In this document: positions 50,571-63,134 of the stretch, piece after piece
Numbering within the stretch: the first letter of the stretch is position 1
Layout of the letters: the number at the start of each line of letters is the position of its first letter
Source of the DNA: Octopus vulgaris
Lineage: Eukaryota
Reading direction: 5' to 3'
Assembly: GCA_951406725.2 (NCBI GenBank)
Contig: OX597820.1
Coordinates: 32,736,001 to 32,800,000, forward strand
DNA length: 64,000 bases
Position numbers and translations under genes: made by a program
Notes under the pieces: generated by a model
Told to the model about the DNA's origin: nothing
Databases searched by the model: none
What the model saw: the letters and a program-made list of their open reading frames with translations, nothing else

Positions 50571-50849
50571 ATACTCACTGTCGCAAGTGCTCTGACCTTT
50601 GTTAAAACCTAGAGCAGTCCTCAGCCCTTTCAAAACTATAACCAAATAATATGATCACCTCAGAGTATTTTTAAAGAGTATCTATCTAGGCCTACTTTAT
50701 CATATGTATTACAGGCAAGTAGTGTTCAGCTCATGATCTCAGGCACACAAGTTCGTTTCTTGAACTGGGTGACATGCCGTGTCTTAAGCGAGACTCTCTA
50801 TTTTACGATGCTATACAGCACTCAGAGAAATCGTGTGACTTAGTAAATC

Positions 50850-51147
50850 GAGTATTCAGCTCAAGATCGTGAGGTCGTGCTTTCGCTGCCCGTCGGCGCG
50901 TTGTACCCTTGAGCAAGATACTTTATTTCGCGTTACTCCAATTCACTCAGCTGACAAAAAGGTATCCGTAACCTGCATTTTAAAAGAGCCAACCCTGTCA
51001 CACTCTGTGTCACGTTAAATCTCCCTGAGAACTATGTATGCACGTCTGTGGAATACTCAGTCACTTGCACGTTAATTTCACGAGTGGACTGTTCCGTTGA
51101 TCGGATCAACTGGAAACTTCATCGTTGTAACTAACGGAGTGTCCGTT
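50850..51147 (+). mobile_element. SINE with CORE-like middle and family C-type 3' body
   Basis: CTTGAGCAAGATACTTTATTTC...GTCACACTCTGTGTCACG...CACGTTAATTTCACGAG...GATCGGATCAAC. Confidence 0.75.
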
Positions 51148-51176
51148 ATATTAATGTACTCAACTCTAAATAAGTA

Positions 51177-51743
51177 TTGGGTTGTCCGGAAAGTTTGTGC
51201 CGATTTTTAGTAGCTTACCTTTCGACTTATTTTAGAACAGGGTTGAGTTCATAAAATAGCATTTGACTACACCTCCATTTAGAGCAAAGTTTCAGCTATC
51301 TTTTCGTTGAAGAACGTTTATGTTCCTATAACCTGTGTTAATTCTTGTAACCCTTTAAAATGGAAGATAAAAAAGTTCATTTTTGGCACTTGATACTTTG
51401 GGAACCAGACAAAAATTGCTGCAGCTTGACTGGGATGTGTTACCCCAATTTCCATATTCACCAGATATTGCTCCTTCGGATTTCCACTTATTCAGGTCTC
51501 TGCAGAATAGTCTTAATGGTAAAAATTTCAATTCCTTGGATGACGTAAAAAGATACCTTGATGAATCCTTTGCCATGAAACCACCTCAATTCTGGGAAGA
51601 GGGTATTTTCAAGTTAAAGGAAAGATGGAGACGCATCGTGCAACAAAATGGTTCATATTTGGTTGATTAAAAATGTAATGGCATGTATTTATTGACCTTT
51701 TTCTTTCCTTTAAAAATCGGGTCGAACTTTCCGGACAACCCAA
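51177..51743 (+). mobile_element. Non-autonomous mariner (internal deletion derivative), copy 2
   Basis: TA|TTGGGTTGTCCGGAAAGTT ... AACTTTCCGGACAACCCAA|TA; MEDKKVHFWHLILWE N-terminus joined out of frame to TRQKLLQLDWDVLPQFPYSPDIAPSDFHLFRSLQNSL...WRRIVQQNGSY. Confidence 0.92.
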
Positions 51744-52226
51744 TAGAAACAAGGTGCTGGCATAGTCACTTCCTGGATGCGACACTAGCTCAAGTGTTAA
51801 AGAACTAAGTGGTCATTTATTTCTGCACGTGATTACCCAGGCAACTAAAACAATTAGCGAAAGCAGGACATATGCATTTAGATTGTATTTATTCTGTTTA
51901 TGGTTTGATAGCATGGCTGAAATTTTTCTAATGCATATTGTTAGTTTTATCTAATACATATACATACATAACTTTGATAGGTTTCGGCCAGTAGAGGCCC
52001 AGGCCATGTCTAACCACCTGGTGAAGTCTTTTAGTCACATACGGGGCACCATGGCCCACTCTGGCAAAGAGTTATTATTGTTGGAGACATATCCGAGAGT
52101 ATGAGTTTGGTCCGGGATTTTTTGAAGAAATTTGTCCAGAAATTCGTCTATATGCATGAGAATACATGTATAAAACAAAACATACAAATCTGCACATAGA
52201 CATATTTATACACATACATACATACA

Positions 52227-52607
52227 GTGGAGGCGCAATGGCCCAGTGGTTAGGGCAGCGGACTCGCGGTCGTAGGATCGCGGTTTTGATTCCCAGACCG
52301 GGCGTTGTGAGTGTTTATTGAACGAAAACACCTAAAGCTCCACGAGGCTCCGGCAGGGGATGGTGGTGATCCCTGTGTACTCTTCCACCACAACTTTCTC
52401 TCACTCTTACTTCCTGTTTCTGTTGTACCTGTATTTCAAAGGGCCGGCCTTGTCACTCTCTGTGTCACGCTGAATATCCCCGAGAACTACGTTAAGGGTA
52501 CACGTGTCTGTGGAGTGCTCAGCCACTTACACGTTAATTTCACGAGCAGGCTGTTCCGTTGATCGGATCAACCGGAACCCTCGTCGTAGTAATCGACGGA
52601 GTGCTTC
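52227..52607 (+). mobile_element. SINE family C, full length, inserted in (CATA)n
   Basis: GTGGAGGCGCAATGGCCCAGTGGTTAGGGCAGCGGACTCG...GGTTTTGATTCCC tRNA-like head. Confidence 0.9.
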
Positions 52608-52734
52608 CCCCAGCCACATACATACAAAAATACCCTGTTGTTGATGTTGAAATTCCTATGAAGGAGTCTTTGATCTTGGTTAGAAACTGGTTCCTTCTCT
52701 ACTGGCATGAAATCTTGAAATAAAACTGAATAAT

Positions 52735-52866
52735 GTGATAGAAAAGAGAAACTGTGTGCAGTTGTGGAAATTAGCTGCCCAGCAGATGTTTACATAAAGC
52801 CGAAGATCGGTGAAAAAGAGAATACCTATGCTGAACTATTGAGAAATCTGCAGTTACTCTATCCAC
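52735..52866 (+). mobile_element. RLE-type (R2/R4-like) LINE endonuclease fragment
   Basis: DRKEKLCAVVEISCPADVYIKPKIGEKENTYAELLRNLQLLYP; same family as 59300-59612. Confidence 0.65.
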
Positions 52867-53367
52867 GTTTTATTGCATGTATTCTCATGCATATAGTTGC
52901 AAACACAAACTGAATACATACATACATACATACATACATACATACATACATACACACATACATACATACATACATACATTAAACTGAGATTTATTAAGCA
53001 CACCTATAATTTTGCTGTGCCTTTCTTGCAAAAAAATGATAAAACTTTCAAAAGCTTCATTTTTGTGTATTTTTTGTCTGAGATTCAAAATTCTTCTTCC
53101 TCACTTTCAGATCATTTTAAAGTTTACCGTATTCAGATCCTTAAGAAATCTTGCCAGTTCTCAGAAAAAAAAATATAATTACAAGAAAGTAAAAGATGTT
53201 CCCACCGTTTTAGTTTCAGTATTTCAAATCAAAATACATTTCCTGGCGTATTCTTAGAAAAATTTTTTTACTAATCCTAGTTTCATAAAACTGGTTTCAT
53301 AAGATAATAACTTTTATTTATTTATTTGCTTATTTATTTATTTATTTATTTATTTATTCAATTACAC

Positions 53368-53586
53368 TTTTACTCTTTTACTTATTTCAGTCATTTGACT
53401 GCGGCCATGCTGGAGCACCGCCTTTAGTCGAACAAATCGACCCCAGGACTTATTCTTTGGAAGCCTAGAATTTATTCTATCGGTCTCTTAGGCCGAACCG
53501 CTAAGTGACGGGGACATAAACACACCAGCATCGGTTGTCAAGTGATGTTGGGGGACAAACACAGACACAAACATACACACACACAC

Positions 53587-53651
<65 letters not shown>

Positions 53652-53848
53652 TATGTGTGTGTGTGTATATATATAGACATATATACGACGGGCTTCTTTC
53701 AGTTTCCGTCTACCAAATCCACTCACAAGATTTGGTCGTCCCGAGGCTATAGTATAAGACACTTGCTCAAGGTATCACGCAGTGGGACTGAACCAGGAAC
53801 CATGTGGTTAGTAAGCAAGCTACTTATCACACAGTCACTCCTGCGCCG
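53368..53848 (-). mobile_element. SINE family A, full length
   Basis: Colinear with the other family A copies. Confidence 0.9.
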
Positions 53849-53899
<51 letters not shown>

Positions 53900-54256
53900 T
53901 TGGATGCGTTGTTTTAAACGCCGTAAACTGAGGTAGTCACCCCGCAGACGAAATTTCGTCGCCATCAGTAGATGAGTCTGGTGTATAGTGTGATTTCAGT
54001 GCAATTTACGATTCATCAGTAACAGAATCGCCACCACCAAATGCCTGTTCAGTATTCTGTCACTCCGTTATAGTTAAACACTGACCAAACAGTCAGTGAC
54101 ATGACAAACACATTGGCGGGCTCTGTATAAATTAGCTTTCAGCGATGAAAGCATTGTTTTTTGACGAATATTAATTTGCACATTGAGCTTAACTTGGATG
54201 GTTATCTTAAACTCCATAACCTACAGTAATATAACATATACATACATATGCATATA

Positions 54257-54605
54257 TGGGTTCAGTTCCACCGCGTGTTACCTCGGGCTATTGTCTTCTA
54301 CTATAACCTCGGGCCGACCAAAGCCTTCTAGTTGGATTTGGTAGCGAGAAACTAAATGAAGCACATCGCATATATATATATATATATATATACATATGTG
54401 TGTATGTATGTATATATTTGTATGTATGTGTGTGTCTGTTTTGTCTTCTGTCATCGCTTGACAACCGATGCTTGTGTGTTTATTTCCCCGTAACTTAACG
54501 GCTCAGCAAAAGAGACTGATAGAATAAGTACAAGGTTCACAAAGAAGTCCCGGGGTCGATTTCTTAAGGCGGTGCTCCAGCAAATGGCTGAAACAAGTAA
54601 AAGAA
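54257..54605 (+). mobile_element. SINE family A, degenerate
   Basis: GGGTTCAGTTCCACCGCG...CATCGCTTGACAACCGATGC...GGCGGTGCTCCAGC. Confidence 0.75.
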
Positions 54606-54748
54606 TATCTATATATACACTCACACAAACACTCATATATATACATATATATACACACACATATATTATGTATATGTAAGTACATACATACATATATATT
54701 TTTTTTCTTGTTTCAGCTCAGAGCTGCGGCCATGCTGATGCACCGCCG

Positions 54749-54862
<114 letters not shown>

Positions 54863-55709
54863 GTGTGTATATATATATATATATACATACGTAAGTATGA
54901 ATGCACACACACAAACGTGTGTGTGTATGAAAATGTATGTATGTATGTATGTATGTATGTATGTATGTATGTATGGGCATGTGTATATATCAAATTCGGA
55001 AATCTCCGTTGTTCACTGAATAATGAAGAGGACTGAACCACAAGCAACTTGAGACCGGTTTCTTTACAAAAGTTTATATGGGAAATATTTGAAATGGTTT
55101 CACTCCAGCCTTTTTTCTCGAAACTCTTGCTTCCGCAATGGCTGACCGATAGCGATTAATTTCATCAGAAATGAAAACATCCGTCTTAACGTCCACCACA
55201 AATTTATTATTGCTTATAAACTATGTGAATGTACGCATGACGTTTCTGTAATTCCATTGTAATGGTGAGTAACAGTAGTTAAACAATGAAAAATTCAGTG
55301 ACTGTTTAGCCAACAGCTTTTGGCTTCTAATAGTTGAACAAATAATGTACTGTAAGCTAAAATGTTGTCGGAAAGAATGTCTTGGACGAGAAACTGAATT
55401 TATTTGAAAGAATTTTTCGTAAAATTTTGCTATTTATAAACTATCACAACACAGTGGGACAAGATTTCACACAGAGGAAAAGTTTAAAATGAAACCGCTA
55501 TCTAAAATATTCTGTGGTCTCGTTGAACACTCATGCGCTTCCGTGTGTGTGTGTGTGGAGCAAGGAAAAAGTAATTGGCATTTTATGCTTAATATATCAT
55601 ACACATTTTTCAGTTAATCATCAGTGATTAGGCAAAAAATACCACGCAGAGAAACAGCGCCGAGTTAGAAGCTTAGTGACTCCTAACTTTTCGGTGTGTT
55701 ACATATACA

Positions 55710-55827
<118 letters not shown>

Positions 55828-56079
55828 TGTTTTATCTTATATTTAATCTTTCTATAAGATGTAATTTTTCTAAATGGTATAATTTAATTTTTTTTCATTA
55901 TTGAATTGATAAAAGGTGGGGGGGTTTTCTAATTTATATATATATTATATTTTGTGAAATTTGATTTAGTATTTCTAAATTGAATTTTTCCCTGTAAGTT
56001 TGGAACAATATTCCCTCATGTTATTATTATTATTATTATTATCATTATTATTATTATTATTATTATCGTATATATATGA

Positions 56080-57830
56080 GCTGTAGTGGTGTGGCGCGCG
56101 GACCTCTATAGGGCCGAGGCTTTCCGCCAACTCAATGACACCTCCTTCTATTCCCCTCTGCCCTCTAACCCCACACGTAGCTACCAACAGACGGTATCCT
56201 CTACTGTCCAAGACCTCATCTCGTCCTCCCGTCTCCCCCGCACCGCATCCAACCTAATTGTGCGAACCCCACGTACCCCCACCATTTACTTCCTCCCCAA
56301 AATCCACAAACCCAACAACCCTGGCCGCCCCATCGTCTCCGCCTGTAACTGCCCCACGGAGCTCATCTCTAAATACCTCGACCGTGTCCTTGCCCCCCTA
56401 GTGGCATCTCTTCCCTCCCACATCCACGATACCAACCATGCTCTCCGGCTTTTCAACTCTTTCTCCTTTCCTCCCGGCTCCTCCAAAATCCTTTTACTAT
56501 GGACATCCAAAACCTCTATACTGTTATCCCTCACCACGAAGGACTGCAGGCCCTTCGACACTTTCTTGACCTCCGCTCTAACCCTGTACCTGACACCTCC
56601 ACACTCATTCGTCTGGCCGAACTTGTCCTTACTCTGAACTGCTTCTCGTTCGCGGGCGAGTTCTACCATCAGGTCTCGGGAGTGGCCATGGGAACGCGAA
56701 TGGGCCCCAACTATGCGAACCTGTTCGTTGGCTATGTTGAGGCCCAAATATTCTCTAATTTCACTGGTCCCACTCCTGAACTATATGGTCGTTATATTGA
56801 CGACATTATCGGTGCCACCTCACTCTCCCGCGAACATCTAGATTCCTTCCTCTCTTTCGTCCAATCTTTCCATCCAGCCCTCCACTTCACTTCCACTATC
56901 TCCAACACCTCTGTCTCCTTCCTCGACATTTCGGTTAGCATTCTTCACTCCACTCTTACCACCTCCATTCACTACAAACACACAGACTCACACTCATACC
57001 TCAACTTCTCTTCCTCCCACCCAGAACACACCAAGCTTTCCATCCCCTATTCCCAATTCCTCCGTCTACGTAGGCTCTGTAGTGACGACCATGACTTTGA
57101 GACTCAGTATCAACGTATGGCTCACCACTTCACCCTACGTGGATACCCCCTCACCACCGCCCTTGCCAGAGCACGGTCCGTGGACCGTGTATCTGCTCTC
57201 TCTCCCCGAACCCGCCCTGTAGTCTCCCGCCTCCCTTTTCCCCTCACTTACCACCCCACGACCCTACGTCTCCAACGCACCATTCTTCGAGCTTTCCGTC
57301 ATCTCCAGTCCGACCCGTCCACTTCACACCTCTTCCCTAACCGACCCCTCCCCTCTTTCAAACGAGCCCACAACCTTCGAGACCTTTTGGTCCATAGCTC
57401 CTTCCCTGACCCTACCTCCCAACCCGGCTCGTTCCCCTGCTCCCGCCCACGTTGCCGCACTTGCCCTTACCTCTCCAACACCACCCGCCTCACTAGCACC
57501 CACCATCGACCCTATCCCATCATCCACTCCTTCACCTGCACCTCCAGCAATATTATCTATTGCATCTCTTGCTCTCTCTGCAATTCCTTGTACATCGGAC
57601 AAACGGGACGCCGCTTGGCTGACCGGTTCGCGGAACACCTTCGTGACATCCACCTTGCGAACGACACACCGGTCTCACGCCATTTCCGCTCCACCGGTCA
57701 CTCCTTGCAACACCTATCTGTGTTCGGTTTGTCCTTACACAGAGGCCATCCGGATCCCCGTTTGCGCCGTGAACAGGAATTAATCTTCTCTCTTCGCTCT
57801 TATACGCCATTTGGTCTCAACTCTCCCCCT
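56080..57830 (+). pseudogene. Penelope-like reverse transcriptase / GIY-YIG endonuclease with one frameshift near 56492
   Basis: AVVVWR...YFLPKIHKPNNPGRPIVS (ORF 56086); MDIQNLYT, GVAMGTRMGPNYANLF, YGRYIDD, FLD, CSRPRCRTC, IIYCISCSLCNSLYIGQTGRRLADRFAEH, REQELI...PFGLN (ORF 56499). Confidence 0.93.
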
Positions 57831-58708
57831 CCTCATCTAACCCCCCTCTCCCCCTCCTCACCTATCCTTTCTCCCCCGACCCCTACTTCTTCAGTCCTTC
57901 ATCCTTTCACCCCTACTCCCCTTCCCTTCTTCCCTCTTTCTCCCTCCCTCTTCCCCTTCCCTCTGCTCCCTCACTCCCCTCTCCCTTCTCTCTCTCCCCT
58001 TCTCTCTCCCCTTCTCTCTCCCCCTCTCCCTCTTTCCTCCTTCATCCCCCTCATCCCCTTCCTTCTCCCCCATCCTCTCCTCTCCCCCCCTTCTCCTCCC
58101 CCTCTTCTTCCCCTCCCCTTCTCCCCCCCCTCTTCTCCCCCTCCCCCTCTTCTCCTCACTACACCACATGACTTTACACATCACATCACATATGATGTGC
58201 CATACTAATACACACACCAACTAATACATACTAATACGTACTAATACATACTAGTACATACTAATACTTACACCAACCCTATACATACACACGTCCAGAC
58301 CTCTCATACGCACTTATACTCTCTCTCACACACACACACACACCTATACATACCAATACGTACTAATACATACTAATACATACTAATACATACACCAACC
58401 CCATACATACGCACGTCCAGACCAATCTTACGCACTAATACTCTCTCATACACACACACACACACACACACACCCTTATACATACTAATACATACACCAA
58501 CCCTATACATACACACATCCAGACCCCTCCCACGCACTTTTAGCTGGTCCCTCAACCCATTTATCAACCCTATTATCTCCCCTTATTTCGCTCTCGCGTC
58601 TCATGTTTGATCTTTGACCTCTGGCCGAAATCAGATCGCCATGTTGATTCGTTAGCTACTGCACGCATTTTTTTTCTCCTTCTTTCTGTGTTTTTCTCTC
58701 TCTGTGTA

Positions 58709-58746
58709 TCTTTCTGTTGAAGAGCGTAGGCTCGAAACGTTAAAGA
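58709..58746 (+). ncRNA. Minimal hammerhead ribozyme motif in the Penelope pLTR (variant core CUGUUGA)
   Basis: TCTTT-CTGTTGA-A-GAGC GTAG GCTC-GAAACGTT-AAAGA; 5-bp stem I, 4-bp stem II, palindromic AACGTT. Confidence 0.7.
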
Positions 58747-58917
58747 CTTGTTTTATTTATATTTCCTGAGCGCCATACTAATACAATTGTTCGTTTGTTT
58801 TCCACCTGCCTTCGTCTTTTGTTTATTTTCATAAAGCTTCCCGTTATATATATATATATACATATACATATATACATACTTACATATATATATATACATA
58901 CATATACATATATATAT

Positions 58918-59168
58918 CATGTGATCACGTGACCGACCAGTCCATCAGATGTAGTTACACATCGCTGGTCACAATGCGTTCGAACAATGCCAACAGAAGA
59001 AAGAGTAGGAGAAAGAGTGGTGAAAGAGTACAGCAGGGATCACCACCCCCTGCCGGAGCCTCGTGTTTTCGCTCAATAAACACCCACAACGCCCGGGCTG
59101 GGAATCGAAACCGCGATCCTACGACCGCGTGTCCGCTGCCCTAACCACTGGGCCATTGCGCCTCCACC
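58918..59168 (-). mobile_element. SINE with family C head and a third type of 3' body
   Basis: GCTGCCCTAACCACTGGGCCATTGCGCCTCCAC is the reverse complement of the 52227 head. Confidence 0.85.
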
Positions 59169-59171
59169 ACA

Positions 59172-59206
<35 letters not shown>

Positions 59207-59299
59207 CATATATATGTATATATATATATGTATGTATGTATCTATGTATGTATGTATGTATGTATGTATGTATATGTGCAGATTTGTACGTTTTGCTTT

Positions 59300-59612
59300 G
59301 TTTTATGCACATATATTCTAATTCGTATACTTGCATGTATAGACATGTTCATATATATTTAAATGATAGACTTCTGGAAAGTTTTACAGATTTTTACAGT
59401 TCCAATGATGGACTGGATCTGTAGTCTTCGAATTAGCTTCCTCCTTTCTGATTTTGCCTAATTTGGCCTAATTTCTCAAGATTGGTATTTAAGCAGTGTG
59501 TTACAAATCCCAGTGCCCCAATAATTACAGGTATAAACCTGAACTTGTAATCTAGACAGAGTAGCAGTAGATTCCTCAATAGTTCAGCGTAGGTATTTTC
59601 TTTTACGCTGGA
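59300..59612 (-). mobile_element. RLE-type LINE 3' end flanked by (TACA)n
   Basis: SVKENTYAELLRNLLLLCLDYKFRFIPVIIGALGFVTHCLNTNLEKLG...[14 protein letters not shown]; 3' UTR AAAACGTACAAATCTGCACATA also present near 52180. Confidence 0.7.
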
Positions 59613-60089
59613 CTTTATGTATGTATGTATGTATGTATGTATGTATGTATGTATGTATGTATGTATGTATGTATGTATGTATGTATGTATGTGTGTGTGT
59701 ATTTTCCTTCCCCTGTCCCAAACCTTATCGTTCTCACTTCCCATCCCTTACTTTTATTCTCCGTAATTTTTTCCTTGCCCCACTCTATCCCATTCGCATC
59801 CACACCCCTCCTGGCCCCAGTTTTTTTTACCATCACTGCTATCATTTTCCGTATCCATTACTCACTCTCGCCCCCTTAACAATAACTTCACCGCCGCCGC
59901 CACCACCACCACCACAGCCAGCCGCTACTTGATATTGATCCCTTTCTGCCAGCCCTTGAGGTTCTCCTGCCGTAGAATCTTCTCCCGAATGCAACCACAC
60001 AAGGATGCTTCCGATGTCAATCTCCTCATCTTTTTAATGCCGATAGAATGAGTTTTTGAGGTGGAGAAGGCGAGGGTGTTGAGGCATCA

Positions 60090-60122
60090 CTCTTATTATC
60101 GTCGCCGTCATTGTCGTCGACG

Positions 60123-60163
<41 letters not shown>

Positions 60164-60445
60164 GTCGTCGTCGTCATCATCATCATCATCAGTGTTATAT
60201 GGTTGTGGTTTTTGCTGCTCTGACAGTTGTTGATTGTGGATGTGATGATGGTTGTCATGATGAGGGTTATTGCGTGATGGTGATGCTGGTGGTGGTGTTG
60301 GTGGTGGTGGTGGTGGTGGTGGTGGTGGTGGTGGTGGTGGTGGTGGTGGTGGTGGTGGTGGTGGTGGTGGTAGTGGTGATGGTGGTAGTTATGCTACGGA
60401 TTGCGATGACGATATAAGACGATGATGATGATGATGATGATGATG

Positions 60446-60479
<34 letters not shown>

Positions 60480-60948
60480 CAATATCATCTTGGTGATGAT
60501 GGTACTGGTGGTGGTGGTGGTGGTGGTAGTGGTGGTGGTGATGATGGTGGTGGTGGTGGTGGTAGTAGTGATGGTGGCAGTGATGGTGTAAGTGATGGCC
60601 GCAGTGATGTTGGAGTTGTTGATGGTGAACATGATGAAAATTAAGACAATTTCGATTGTGATAGTGTTGACGTTAGCAATGATTGTGGAGTTAAGATGTC
60701 GGTGTTGCCAGCAACGGCATTGACGGTTGTGGTGATGGTGGCGGCGGTGATGACTTTGATGCTAGGTGTGGTGGTGTTGATGGTGGTGGTACTGAAGATG
60801 ATGATGATGGTGGTGGTAGTGGTGGTGCTGGTGGTGCTGGTGCTGGTGGTGGTGGTACTGGTGGTGCTGGTACTGGTGGTGCTGGTGCTGGTGGTGTTGA
60901 TGGTGGTGGTACTGAAGATGATGATGATGGTGGTGGTGGTGGTGGTGG

Positions 60949-60979
<31 letters not shown>

Positions 60980-61476
60980 ACTGGTGGTACTGGTACTGGT
61001 GGTGCTGGTGCTGGTGGTGTTGATGGTGGTGGTACTGAAGATGATGACGATGATGATGATGGTGGTGGTGGTGGTGGTGGTGGCTGCGGTTGTAATGGTT
61101 AGTGGTGGTGAGGTTAACGCTGTTAGAGGTGATGGAAACAGTTGAGGTGAAAGAAAATAATTTCGCTTTCTTCTAGACCTCCCCCTCCCCTTTCTCTTCA
61201 TTGCAAGGACATTGACACTGACATCATCATCATCATCATCATCGCCATTATCCTTGTTGTTGTTGTTGTTGTTGTTGCTATTACATCGTAAGAAATCGTT
61301 ATTGCTACATTTGTTATTACCTAATTAAGAAGCCATTATTATCATCATCATCACCATCATTATCATCATCATCAGTCACTTTTATCATTATTGCTATTAA
61401 TATCTTTGTTGCTGTTGCTGTTGTTGTTGCTTTTATTATCATTTTGTTTCTCACAGTTCAAATCACATTTCAAGCA

Positions 61477-61572
<96 letters not shown>

Positions 61573-61637
61573 ATTATAATTGATAATTATAATATTCTTA
61601 TCAATATTATCAGTTACAAAATTACTATGAAGATCGC

Positions 61638-61705
<68 letters not shown>

Positions 61706-62180
61706 CGGTGGTGATATGGGTTGGGGTGGGGCAGGAAACCTGTGGTTGTACACCTCATCAGTATGGATGACGGAAAGTTAAGAGTTAAAAAATATTTTCC
61801 ATCTGAAAAACGGGTCAAATACCGGCGCTTTGTTTTTTGCTCTTTTCCCCCATTTTCTTGCTTTTTTTTTTTTTTTAGAAAACTTTTATATTAATTCAAG
61901 GTCCCTTTATTTAGGGGGTTTAAAAATCAATGAAAAAAATCAATAGAAACGGCTACGAGTGGAATTACAGTTGGTTACATTCTCCAGGTGTTTGTTTCTC
62001 TGCTGAAGTTAGCAAGAATTCAAGCGACTGCTCAATTCCTAACCTAATGTAGGCGTTATTTATTATATAATGCTTCGATTGGTGGTGGTTGTGGTGGTGG
62101 TGGGGATGATGATGATGATAACTAATAAAAATAATAATAATAATAATAATTATAATGATGATGATGATGATGATGATAAC

Positions 62181-62222
<42 letters not shown>

Positions 62223-62356
62223 TAATAATGATGATGATGATGATGATGATAATAATAATAATAATAATAATAATGATGATGATGATGATAATAATAATAA
62301 TAATAATAATGATGATGATGATGATAATGATGATGATGATGATGATAATAATAATG

Positions 62357-62422
<66 letters not shown>

Positions 62423-62425
62423 GTA
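60090..62425. repeat. Trinucleotide patchwork (CAT, GGT, GAT, TTA, GTA, AAT)
   Basis: Directly visible. Confidence 0.85.
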
Positions 62426-62439
62426 ATTACAATACTTTC

Positions 62440-62537
62440 TAGTAAAGGCACATGGTCTGTAATTTGTGGCGGATAGTCGATTAAATCGACCCCAGTATTC
62501 AGCTGGTACTTATTTCATCGACCCCGAAAGGATGAAT
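62440..62537 (-). mobile_element. SINE family B 3' fragment
   Basis: ATCGACCCCAGTATTCAGCTGGTACTTATTTCATCGACCCCGAAAGGATGAA. Confidence 0.75.
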
Positions 62538-62539
62538 GG

Positions 62540-63110
62540 AAGGCGACATGACAATGTGGCAAGAATGATCCCTTGAAAGATCTGTGGCGATTGTGGCCAA
62601 GCTCAAAGGCGTGGTATGACCAAATGCCGGAAGTTGTCACTGAGCATGAGGAATGCAAAATCGTCTGGGATGCAACGATGCAGTATGACCGTCAGATAAG
62701 ACGTCGGAACCTGACATTGTTCTGGTGAACAGAAAAGAAAAAAATATGCCTGATAGTTGACATAATGTGTCCTGGTGACACCAGGATCGAAGAGAAAGTA
62801 AAAAGAAGTGAACAAATATGATAAACTGAAGAGAAAAATACGCAGAGTGCGAGTAATAAAGAGAATGGACATGACACCAATAGTAATAGGCGCGCTGGGA
62901 AGTATCAGCACTCAACTATCTACTTGGCCTAAAAAAAATTTGTACGAATGTAAAGATAGAACGCTAACAAAAATCATCATTGCTTGGAACTGCGAGAGTT
63001 CTCTGCAGTGCAAGAGTTCCTCCGCATGATCGATAAATAAATGCCATCCTAGTCTGCTGGCTGTGGGCAGCTGGCGCTTTCCGTCAAACACAGCAAAATA
63101 AGCTGTGATA
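62540..63110 (+). mobile_element. RLE-type (R4/Dong-like) LINE C-terminus, frameshifted
   Basis: RHDNVARMI...KIVWD...PDIVLV...CLIVD..CPGD...KYDKLK...PIVIGALG...LLGTARVL (restriction-like endonuclease motifs). Confidence 0.8.
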
Positions 63111-63134
63111 TTTCATTAAAAAATAGTGATATTT

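Larger units (their letters stand above)
56079..58844 (+). mobile_element. Penelope-like retroelement (Neptune-type), 5'-truncated, inserted in (TA)n
   Basis: RT + Cys-linker + C-terminal GIY-YIG, long pyrimidine-rich 3' UTR with ~115-bp tandem units, terminal pLTR with HHR. Confidence 0.95.

Noticed and set aside
53940-54025. CTGATGG/CTGATGA followed by GAAA on the minus strand (also 55120-55170 and 5305)
   Set aside because: No consistent stem I/II/III pairing; not called as hammerheads.
57830-58208. Pro/Leu/Ser-rich C-terminal extension of the 569-aa ORF as a real domain
   Set aside because: Read-through into a low-complexity C/T tract after the normal GLN terminus of the GIY-YIG domain.
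58213-58530. Repeat-spacer-like array of TACTAATACA units
   Set aside because: Degenerate ~115-bp tandem repeats in the Penelope 3' UTR; intervening parts are homologous, context is eukaryotic, no cas genes; not CRISPR.
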